From: Felis catus
Lineage: Eukaryota
Direction of reading: 5' to 3'
DNA: 64,000 nt
Assembly: GCF_018350175.1 (NCBI RefSeq)
Contig: NC_058369.1
Span: 12,340,001 to 12,404,000, forward strand
In this document: one piece after another, positions 53,345 through 64,000 of the stretch
Layout of the letters: each line of letters begins with the position of its first letter
Numbering within the stretch: the stretch's first letter is position 1
Translations under genes and position numbers: made by a program
The notes under the pieces: model-generated
What the model saw: the letters and a program-made list of their open reading frames with translations, nothing else
The model's database searches: none
Told to the model about the DNA's origin: nothing

Positions 53345-53960
53345 TTAAGTTTTTAAAATTTTTATTTAATTTTATTTTTAAAAAATGTTTATTTTTGAGA
53401 GTGTGAGCGGGGGAGGGGCAGATAGAGAACGGGGACAGAGGATCTGCAATGACAGCAGAGAGCCTGATGTAGGGCTTGAACTCACAAACCACGAGATCAT
53501 GACCTGAGCTGAAGTCGGACGCTTAACCGACTGAGCCACCCAGGTGCCCCCCAAATTTTATTTGAGGGACAGTGGGCGCATGCACTCACAGGTGCACAAG
53601 CGGGGGAGGGGCAGAGAGAGAGAGACAGAGAGAGAGAATCCCAAGGCTCCATGGGCTTGATCCCATGAACCATGAGAGCATGACCTGAGCCGAAATCAAG
53701 AGTTGGACACACGGGCGCCTGGGTGGCTCAGTCGGTTAAGCCTCCTACTTCAGCTCAGGTCATGATCTTGCGGTCTGCGAGTTCGAGCCCCACATCAGGC
53801 TCTGTGCTGACAGCTCAGAGCCTGAAGCCTGTTTCAGATTCTGTGTCTCCCTCTTTCTCTCTCCTCCCCCTCTCATGCTCTCTTTCTTCTCAAAAATAAA
53901 TAAACGTTAAAAAAAAAAAAAAACAGTTGAACACTCAACTGACTGAGCCACCCAGGTGGC
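53345..53960. mobile_element. CAN-SINE stack inside Tigger1, including a + SINE (53713-53922) nested in a - SINE
   Basis: The minus-strand SINE is split at gagttggacac / cagttgaacac (degenerate TSD). Confidence 0.85.
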
Positions 53961-54073
53961 TCAGCAATAAAATATTTTTAATTAAGGTATGTACATTGTT
54001 TTGTTTTGTTTTGTTTGGACGTAATACTACTGAACATTTAACAAACTACGGTACAGTATGAATATAACATCTA

Positions 54074-54311
54074 CAGTAAAACCTTGATTTGCAAGCATAA
54101 TTCCATTCCAGTAACATGCTTGTAATCCAAAACACTCATATATCCAAGTGAATTTCAAGAACCATTGGTTCAGTTGTGCTCATGTGACATCCAGCGTCAT
54201 ATACTACTTGTATTGCAAGACATCATTTATCAAGTTATAATTTATTAGAAATGTTTGCTCGTCTTGCAGAACACTCGCAGAATAAGTTACCTGCAATCCA
54301 AGGTTTTACTA
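54074..54311. mobile_element. Tigger-type MITE nested in Tigger1
   Basis: TIRs CAGTAAAACCTTGATTTGCA / TGCAATCCAAGGTTTTACTA flanked by TA on both sides. Confidence 0.85.
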
Positions 54312-56169
54312 TATATGCACCGGGAAACCAAAGCATTCATTGACCTCCCTTTACTGCGATAGTTGCTTTATTTCGGCCGTCTGGAACCCACCCCACAGTA
54401 TCCCTGCATGCCTGCACACAATCATCCGATCGGTTTGGTTACATTAGCAAGACCTTTAGAGTTCATCCAGAGACACCAAAAAGTCACAAAGTGGGGAGAT
54501 GACAGATGCCACAGTGCCGTGAGGATCTGTATCTGGAACACAGAACCTGGCCCGGGAGACATGAACAGGCACCGGGCGGAACGGGAAACTGCAGCACCTG
54601 TGCCCAGCTCTCTCCAGAAGCCACGAGCAGCTGCCCTGCAGACGTGCCCACTAACCGGCAGAAGTGGCATCTGATGGTACTAGGTAGTTCAGGGGCCCAG
54701 CCAAGCCTGGGGAGGGATGGGCTTTGTCTGGTGGTCTCCTGTTTGCAGATCTGACCCAGCCACTCCATGCCCCCCCTCATACGATGTGTTTTCACACAGC
54801 CCTGCTTTGTGTAACGTAACCACCCCGTGGGGAAGGTACTATTACCACCACATTTTACAGACAGAAGGCACACAAAGGTGCAGGTCAGGTGGTCAAACGT
54901 TATGACATCAATGTCTTCCAAGAGTCAACGGAACAGAATGAAAATTCCAAGAGCAACAGAAATGATCAACTGTAGTTTCAGTGCATCGACAAGACAAAGC
55001 TCAGACCATGGGGAGTGAAGTCACAGAACATACAGACTGCATGATTCCATTTACACCAAACATCAGAGCAAAGTCACAAATTAAATTTAAAATTTGTCAG
55101 ACTTGGCCCCTGGCTGGCTCTGTTGGTAGAGCACGTGACTTTTAGTCTTGGGGTCACGAGTCTGAGCCCTATGTTGTGCATAGAGCTTACTTAAAAAATA
55201 CACACACACACACACACACGCACACACTCAAGCAAAAACTCTTAAGTCTTCTCAAAGAAACAGGAGACTATCTTTGCAACCTTGGGGTAGACAAAGATTT
55301 CTTAAGACCCCCCAAAGCAGTAACTGCCCAAGAAAAAAGCCTGACAAACTGGGCTTCATCGAGATTGAGAACTTCCACTTACCTCAAGAGGCAAACAGCC
55401 CGGGAGCACTGACAAAGCGTGCCCAGTGAAGGACGCAGCTCTGGAAGAGGTGAAGAACTCCCTCAGCTCAACAACCCCCAGCAGCTGCAGGTTTTGGTGG
55501 GCTGGCCGGCTGGGGGAGCCCATATGCCAGGAGGAAGCCCCCCCTCCCTTCCAAGATCACACAGCCCATCACATGCCCACACACACTGGACGGAGCATGC
55601 AGGCGAACGGGAAGGGCATGAGGAAAGGTACATGTCCCACCCAGCCGCCACCACCACGGTTCCCTGTAGGTTTCCAAAAATCTTCCTTGCGTTGTATATA
55701 CACTTACCGCGCATTAAAAACAACAGCAACAAAGCAAAACATGATTCTATGCCTTGCTTTTCTCACTAACATCAGAAACAACCAGCATCGCAGACATCCC
55801 CCCTTCCCTCTTGCTTCCAGTGGGGTGGGGGTGGAGTGGGGGGGGGTACTTGAGCAGAGCTGTGTCCCCCCTTTTCCACTTACTGTTACAAACAAGGTTG
55901 CAATCCCTACCTTTACTAGAGGAGATCCTGGGCTAACACACAAACTGCTAGAGGGGCTATTGGCACAAGGACCAGGAAGGATTGTAATTAGCCCCCAGGG
56001 AGGCGGCTCCAATTCCAGGCCCACTATAGGAGAGGAAGGCGGAAAAGCCTGTTTCCCAGTCCTTGCCAGTACTGTGGTGTATCGGTTTCCCGTTGTTGCC
56101 AAAATGATGCACATGATCACAGAAGGAGAGGCTTGAACAACATGCGTATATATATCATGTCAGTTTGGG

Positions 56170-56650
56170 GGGGGGGGGGGGGGGACGGACAGTAATGTGG
56201 TTCAGGTCGCCCTGTGCTGAGACCCAGCACAGGAGGGTAGGCAAGCCGCCCTCCTTTCAGGGAAGTTCTCAAGGCCGCTTCCTATTCCTTTCCGTGTTGA
56301 CAGAATTACGCCTCCTTGCTGTAGAACTGAGGGCTCCCTTTTCCTGCTGGCTGGCTGGCTGGCACTGAAGGCCATCTCAGCTTCTAGAGGGCACTGCATT
56401 CCCCAGCTCATGGCATCTCAGTTCACTTCCCACGTCTGCCACAGCACCAAGTCCTCACACTGCACCTCTCTGACCCGGCCAGACAAGGGTCTCTACTTCT
56501 GAGGATCTGATTAGGCTGGGCCCACCTCGATACTCCAGGTATGTACCCTTCACACCCACATAGTCCCTTCTGCCACACAAGGTACCACGTGCCCAGGTTC
56601 TGGGGACTAGGATGCAGACATCCTTTGGGGCTTTTACTCTGCTGGCCACA
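56170..56650 (-). mobile_element. MLT1D-like solo LTR
   Basis: gattaggctgggcccacc...aggttctggggactaggatgcagacatcc...gccaca. Confidence 0.65.
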
Positions 56651-56734
56651 TGCATTCCTCGGCTTTTCTGATCTGCCTTCTTTGCAGCTGAAGGCAGCTG
56701 TCACCTCCACCCGCCACCTCAAGTTCTTGGTGTC

Positions 56735-56942
56735 TTTTTTTTTTTTTTTTTTTTTAATGTTTATTTACCTTTGAGGGAGACAGAATGAGGGGCAGAGAGA
56801 GAGGGAGACATGGAAACTGAACAAGGCTCCAGGCTCTGAGCTGTCAGCACAGAGCCCGACGCGGGGCTCGAATGCACGAACCGTGAGATCATGACCCGAG
56901 CCAAAGTCGGATGCTCAACCAACTGAGCCACTCAGGTGCCCC
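56735..56942 (-). mobile_element. CAN-SINE
   Basis: poly-T then body ending caggtgcccc. Confidence 0.88.
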
Positions 56943-59900
56943 TCCTGGTGTCTCTTCTGAGTGTAAACTGCAGTGACCACACAGCAACAACAGTGGCCCT
57001 CACTCTGCCCGTCAGAGCTCCCACAAAGCTGCCCCTATGCCACGGGGTCCAATCTGCATGTTGGCAACAAAGGCCTCCCCTCGCAGTGTTTTCATTCAGG
57101 GCCGTGTCCGGGAACACATCTGGATGGCCCCCAAAACCTACTCCAAGCTGCACTGAGGGAAGGGGTCTGAGAGGAGACACTCCATCACTTACATGCCTTT
57201 GACGCGCCCCCAGACAGGGACCCTGAGCAAGAGGAGACGGGGCAGTGAGGAGGCCAGTACCACAGGGACAGCGAGGCCACCGTCTCCCTGTCCCCAGCTC
57301 TGGGATTCCAGCCCTGATGGGCTCCTGGGCTTGCCACATGGCCTGTCTCCACCCCAGTGACTTCACCCTGGTATATTTAGAGCCCTGGGTCCCATACACT
57401 CCTGAACCTCACGGCAGGCTCTGGGCAGCTCTGCAGGCCAGAGTCCCAGGGCCACGTGCAAACCTCTTGCTGTCAGGAACAGCCTGGCGCACCTGCACCG
57501 GTGGCCCTTTCCTGCTCTGGCTATCTCCCCTGGGATTCGTTCTCAACAAAAACAAGAACACCTCTCAAAACCACCTGCCAAAGGGCTGTCCCAAAAGGGG
57601 CGGAATTTGTAAATGAAGGATGTCTGAGCGCCCGAAGTCTCTCATTTTCTCATTAAGGTTCCTTCAACAGATGCAGATTAATTTGTATTTCCTTAACAAT
57701 TAATGAAGCCGAGTGTCACCTCCCCTTTCTACCAATGATGACTGCCCATGTGAGCTGTTCACCATTCCAAGCCCACTTACTCTCTAAGACCACCCTCTTT
57801 ATTGGAAACAATTAATCACCCGGCCAAGGAGCCCACAGGGTGGTGGTGGTGGTTGCCCCACCCTGTGCACATGGCAGTTGGGCAAGGAAGGTGTCAGGAG
57901 TGGGGGAGGACTACTCTGGAAGTGCAAGGAGCAGGCAGGGCAGGTGGGGAAGGCTGGGCAGTGGTGGCACAGAGAGGACCCCAGAGGTCTGTTCCAAGGC
58001 AGGGCAGGAAGTCGGCAGGTGATTACTGGCGGAAGTGATTCCTTAAGTATCTCACGGAGTGCCTTCGGATCCTAGACTGGAGGTTGACGGGCACAATCAG
58101 GTATCCTCAATAAGACAGGAAAGTCAACGTCACACAGACAGCTGTGCCAGCCAGCGTCTCCAGCATCAAATACACAGGCACCCCCTAAACAAGGCGCCTC
58201 CCAACTCTGGCATAGGGAGAAAGAAAACACATCCTCCCTCACACCTACGGGCCACCCCAGGGACACATGCTCCTCACCACCAACCCAGTTCCCAGGGCTC
58301 TTATGGGGACTTCCCACCGCATGATAACCAAGAACAGGCAAAAAGGAAGCAGAAAGGCCTCGGTTCCTGGGGGTGCCCTCAGGGCACGCCAAGTCACCGG
58401 CAGCCAGGCTAACCGGCAATATTAGCTGTTCGACTCACAGTGAATAGGAAGAAGGGGGTCTGGACACATACAGGCGACAGTCCAAAGGAGAGGACGGCAC
58501 CCCGCAGCCGCGGCCTGGGTGCGAGTCTGGACCACGGAGAGCAGGACGCTCCCATACTGCTCAGGCCTGAGGCTGGTGACACCCCCGTCCTCCCACACCC
58601 ACGGTCAAGTGGGAGCAGTGAGGAATGTGCACCGCACTCCGCAGCACACTGCGCTGTGTGAACCATTAAAGCACACTGCTCATCCTCATCTTTTTATGAC
58701 ACGTTTTAGAGTATTTAGTGAAGAAACGAGGCACCCTGGAATCTGCTACAAAATCCCCTTGGATGTGGGGCGCAGAAGGGGACAAGATGAAGCAATGCGG
58801 ATTGGCTCTAAATCGGTACCTGCTGGAGCAGGGGCACGGTTACGTTATTCTCTCTACTTTTATGTTTGAAACCTGCCACAAATCTAAAAGGTTACAAACT
58901 ACACCCATTTCCTAACACGTGGAAGATTTCACTGGGTCTGGAATGAGACGGCAGTTGGCAGCGGTGCGGAGATGAAGTGAACAAATACTTGTTTTTCAAT
59001 TCCACACGGTGGCTTCTCACTGCACCACCCGGCACCTGCATGGGGAGAGGGGCCGAGGGCTGCTGGGATGCTGTCTCCCTCCAAGTGAGCCTGTCTCTGG
59101 CCCCCTCAAGCTCTTCAAACTACTGGGTATGTTCTATCTGGTGCGATCTCTGGAGCTCCTCACCAAGCCCCCCGCAGGCTGCTGAGCTGCTGCTCAACGG
59201 AGTCGGTGTAAACACTCCTACTAGAGTGGAAAGGGGTCTGGGGTCTGCTCTCCCAAGGTGGGTCCATGCCTCCCTGCAAAGAGCCCAGAGAGCCAGAACT
59301 CCTGCATCCAGACCTGCTCTCTGCCCTCAGATAGGGAAGATGCCACAGGGTCCAGGAGACACCCGCCCAGACATGGGCCAAACAGCTTCCTGGGGGGCTC
59401 TCCAGAGAGCTGGGGATTGCCGTGCCCACGGAGAGGGCAGGTTCTGTGGTTGGGTTCCCAGGGTGCTGAGGCCAGGGAAGGAGAAGTCAGCGAGAGGGGG
59501 CCTAGGCTTCTGACGTGACGGCAAGCCCCAAGCCATACCAAAGCCCTTGCCCATCTGCGGATGCTAGAGTGTCCGTGTCCACACAGGCCTGAGGTCAGAA
59601 GCCAGGGGAGGTCAGAGTCAGGGAGCACCTCACAGCAGGGCCAGGCCAGGGCAACAGTAACCCAGGGAAGGGACAGCTGGCCAACGCTGCCCTGTGGCTG
59701 CCCTCTGAAACCCGGGGATGCCACCGGCTTCTCCAGAGTCCAGGACACCAAACCGGCTTCAGAAAACCTGCCGACAGCAGGGTACAGGGAATCATCTTTA
59801 AAACCAAACCCAATGGAAAGACTTTAACTGGCCCTCATCACATGTCTGAAAGTTGCCCTGTGAATAGGATCACTGGTCTGACCCTGGATCTGTGTGCAGA

Positions 59901-62900
59901 GCTGGGGCCAGTGCGGTGGGGTACACCCACCCCTGACCAGCTTCTCCTCCCCTATTTCAGGGGATATGCAGGTAAACCCCAGGCCCTGAGTAATTAATTA
60001 GCACCCTGTGGGGGATTTCCAACCCCATGTGAAACAGGAACCGAAACACTAAGCTTCAGAGTCTCTGAGCCCATGGCTGACCATTCTGTTCTCCACGCAT
60101 CAAGGGTTCCCACTCTGTCTCAAATCCCCAGTCTCTCAGGAATTAAGCTGGATGTGTGCAGCCATGGTGGCAAAGGGGAAACCCTGTGCTCCCTGAGCTC
60201 TGAGCACTGGTGGGGCCCAACGGAAATGAGCCAGGGCAGGCCCACCCAAGCCAGATTCTCATCGGGCTGTTGGGTTCCCCCAGGAAGCTGAGCTCTCTAG
60301 CTTTTCCTCCTTGAAAGCCCACTTTACAGATAAAGAAACTGAGAGTCTGAGAAGGTAATAAAGATTCAAGGTTCATCACTCAGCTAGAACGTGGCGGAGT
60401 GTGGTCTTATACCAGCCTGGCATAGACTCTGCCTATCACACACAGGTGCTTTACTAGGTGAGGTGAGGGAGGGCACCCAGATGCCACCAGGCTGGTGATG
60501 TTGGCATCCCGTCCGCATACTCTCCCCAACCTGCCCCAGCAAGTAAACGCACAGGTTATAGTTTCTTGAGCCACCCAGGGCCAGTGCCCTCATGCCCAGC
60601 ATATCTCTGGGCTGCCTCTGCCTTCCCTCCAGGGTAGCCTAGAGCCAGGGAGACCCACACACCTATCCAGCATAACAGGGGCTTCAGCTCACCCCCAGTG
60701 TTCACCCTAAGCAGCAGGCCACTTGGTAAACGACAACAGCACTCAAGCCTGCCTCCCGCTAGGCCCTGGCAATGGCGCACACAAGCCTTCCTGCTTCTGA
60801 AGCTGCACACCATGTTCCCAGGTGGGTGTCATTCTTTCTGTGACTCAAACTGCCTCTGCCGCGAGCTGGTGCGAGAGATGGTGGCACCTGCACCCCCCAA
60901 AGATCCTGGCTGAGTCCAGCCCATGTCCCACCCTGTCACCCTGAGGAAGGAAAAGAAGTCAGTGTGGCTTGATCCTCCCTCTTGGCTCTGGAAGGTGCAT
61001 CCTCCTGGCCCTGCTGTGCCCTGCCTAGTTCCACAGCCAAGCAGGAGTAAGAGGAACCTCCCTTAGGTCATCTGCACTCTGCCTGGCCAAGATGCCTTCT
61101 TCTGCCAGGCCCCCAGTGGCAGCCTTGCACCCACAGGGGTGAAATCTCTCTCATTCATGGCTTCTTATAGGAAGAAGGACATGGGGGGGTGGGGAGGGGG
61201 GCTGTGTCCCAGCTGCAGCAGCCAAGCTCAACACTTGCAAAAGCACAAAATTACTTCCTCATCAGAAGGGCCCATCTGCTCCCCAGGAGCGTCCACAGCT
61301 GGAGCACGGCCACTGCGTGCATGGCCCTGATTGTCACACTCACAGCCCACAGAGCACCCACGACCAGAACATGTAACTGCAGCTGCAACTCAGCCGAGGG
61401 GATGGAAACCCCAGCCTGGGCCCAGAGAGCGAGCCAAGCAGCCTGCATCCCACAAGCAGCACAGCACAGGAAAAGGAAGCCCAGGGCAGTGGCCGGAGCT
61501 CCCCGTCAGCTCTCCGTCAGCATGAGCGGCTGCCATCCTCCATCACTGAGGGAGAGGCTAGCAGGTGAGGGGGTGGGGAGGGCAGGAGAGGCAGCACTCT
61601 CCCCGCAGCAGCAGTCCCCAAAATGTTCCTCTCTCCCTCCTTTTTATTTCAGCAGCTCTCTCCAGCAAAACTATGTACTTAAACTTTCCTGACCTCTGAA
61701 TCAGGTCAACAGGACACACACAATTCTCATTACGATCCAGTCCCTTCTGAGAGTACAAGAGCTCTCAATGTGTCATCCGTGAACTGGTTCGTTCCTGCAC
61801 TGATACAACTGCAAAGTCAGAAAGCCAAGCAGAGCACTTGTTTGCAGGGGGGTCCAGGTAGCAGAGCATCCGACGACAGACAGCACTCCAGTCAGGGTTT
61901 TCTCCTTCCCACCCTGGCACTCCCAGAGGAACAGCCAGGAAGAATACCAGCTGTGCCAGACATAATGGCCCGATGCCCACGGGAGGGGCACCCACAGCGT
62001 TCGACCCACATGCATGGAGAACACAGACAATCCAAAGCGAGACCCAGCCAGCTTTACAGGAACTCATAGGGGCCAACCTCCAAGAGACCGTTAAGCAAAC
62101 CATCGAGGTGACAGGAGTGAGCTCCAGCACTGCCACATGAAACACCCGGTGGTGGGGCTGGGCGGGAAAGGGCCAGGCGGGGGAGCTGTGCAAAGATGCC
62201 ACGGGGCTGAACCTGGCCTCTACTGTTGGCCCAATTTGGACTGAAGCAAGAGCAGCCACCGGTCAGCCCAGCTCCTCCCCATGAACAGGGAAGCCCGAGG
62301 GAAATGCTGGGAAAACCACACATCATCTCTGCAGACCCAGAACGGGTGTGTGCTGACCACCGTCCTGAGAGACTGTGCCCACGGGGGGGAGGGGGGGGGG
62401 GCAGGTCAGGTGCACCCTGCCTACCCACCACCAGCCTGCTCTGTGGTCTCTGAGATCCCTTCAGGCAGTGCAGTGCCCAGCATGGTGCCAGGCTACCAGT
62501 CTACCAACCTGGGCCGCTATAGGATCTTGGGAGCCAAGAATACTCCAGAATTCCCCCAACAAGTCAGCAGTTGCTTCCTAAGCAACTACGGCAGGCCTGG
62601 AGTATGCAGGAAGGCAAGTGTGGCCCAGGCCTGAGGTGTGGATAGAGGCGGCCAGAGGCAACAACAGAAGCAAAAGGGAAGCACCACAACCAAGGCTCAC
62701 CTGAGCGGCCAGGAGCCCAGGTGCAGGGGGACCGGAACTGCGGCTACATCCAGAGAGTGCTTTTAAAAAGGAGGAGTAGGCTGGGCAAAAGTGACCACGC
62801 CACACAGGAAGTCCAAGATGCCCCTGGTTAGCAGTAAGAGTGTGTAACATGTGCGTAACATTCAGGGTCTGGTGGCCCTCACTTTCCTGAGCACTCCCAC

Positions 62901-63029
62901 AAGGTCACCACGTTCCCTGTGCTGGGTGGACAGGAAAAGAGCAACAGGAACTGCCAGAACCTGAGTGGGGGCCACACTGGTTAAGTCATTCGGCAAGTCT
63001 CCGGGTTAGGTATCAAGGAGCTCTTGTCT

Positions 63030-63063
63030 CCTTTTATTTATTTTTTTTAAAGCTTATTTATTT

Positions 63064-63124
<61 letters not shown>

Positions 63125-63332
63125 GAATATGCAAGTGGGGTTGGGGCAGAGAGAGGAGAGAGGAGGGAGGGGGAGAGGGTGGGGGAGGGAGAGGGAGAGG
63201 GAGAGAGAATGAAGCCCAAGAAGGCTCCCAGCTGTCAGCGCAGAGCCCGATGCGGGGCTGGAACCCACGAACCATGAGATCATGACCAGAGCCGAAATCA
63301 GACACTCCACCCTATGAGCCACCAGGTGCCCC
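63030..63332 (-). mobile_element. CAN-SINE with expanded (GA)n microsatellite (63066-63125)
   Basis: Flanked by gtctcctttta repeats (TSD-like). Confidence 0.88.
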
Positions 63333-64000
63333 CTCGTCTCCTTTTAAATAGGAATCTGAGATCAGCAAACCCACCAGGGTTTAAACGTAACTAATGAAGG
63401 TGTGCCTGTCCTAAACTGGGTGGTAGCCATGAGCCAGGACACCACCTCAGCCCATTAGGCCATGAACTCCATATCAAATGCTCCAGGGCAGAAAGCACCA
63501 GAGAAGACTGCACCGGAGGTCAGTGGATGGCCTCTGATCCTGCCCACCCACCCAGCCCACTCGGCTGTTTCCTTAGCCTCTAAGTGGGAGGATGACAGAG
63601 GCTTCCTACAGGCTCCTAGAAGGGGCACAAGAGACACACACGGACGTCCAGGATGCTGCCTGGCACACAGTAGCGCTCAGAAAGGAGTCACCTCCTACAC
63701 TTGGGAGGTGATCAGGCCCAAGACCCCTCACCTATTGCCCTACAGCTCAAGGGCTCTGTGTATCTGTGTGGAGCTGGAGGAACCACAGTGGGCACAGGGA
63801 CTTTCTCAGCAGGCAGTCCTGTAACAGGGCCACCGTGGAGAGAACCAAGGACACAGTCACCCATGGAACAGAAAGGTGAATCTGTACATTGTGTCAAATG
63901 TCATATAAGGATGGACACGCACAGCCCGTGACCCAGCGATTCCACTCTGAGGCACATACCAACAGAAATGTGAACACCCACGCATGGAGAATATATTCAG

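Larger units (their letters stand above)
50774..54414 (+). mobile_element. Tigger1 (TcMar-Tigger) DNA transposon, near full length, decayed, interrupted by SINEs and a MITE
   Basis: Degenerate termini CCGGCATTCCTC / GCATGCCTG; transposase remnants such as MPSRTFRARDEKSMPTFK at 52130; matches recalled consensus. Confidence 0.9.

Noticed and set aside
55419..56136. 236-aa ORF in MED26 intron 1
   Set aside because: Lies in degraded L1-like and simple sequence; no domain or splice support

Overview
Mammalian genomic DNA, almost certainly felid given the young SINEC_Fc-type CAN-SINEs. Three spliced genes lie in tandem on the minus strand. CHERP is complete (17 coding exons, 18718->1204, 918 aa) and SLC35E1 is complete (6 coding exons, 44350->27363, 411 aa). 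MED26 is partial: coding exons 2-3 and the 3'UTR are here, and exon 1 lies beyond 64000. All mapped introns are GT-AG and the reading frames join without shifts. CpG-island promoters precede CHERP and SLC35E1. Introns and intergenic DNA contain many CAN-SINEs, MIR, L2, L1, MLT1 LTR and MER58 relics, a near full-length Tigger1 with a nested MITE, and a Tigger1 deletion derivative. The most unusual items are a ~625-bp poly(A)-tailed 3'UTR-like retrocopy inside an L1 in SLC35E1 intron 4, a mirtron-like hairpin ending at the CHERP intron 6 acceptor, a candidate divergent spliced lncRNA from the CHERP promoter whose putative exon is bracketed by inverted young SINEs, and a candidate intronic poly(A) site in CHERP intron 7. 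I found no clear evidence of a wholly new gene system. Gene and repeat names come from recall and were not checked by database search.
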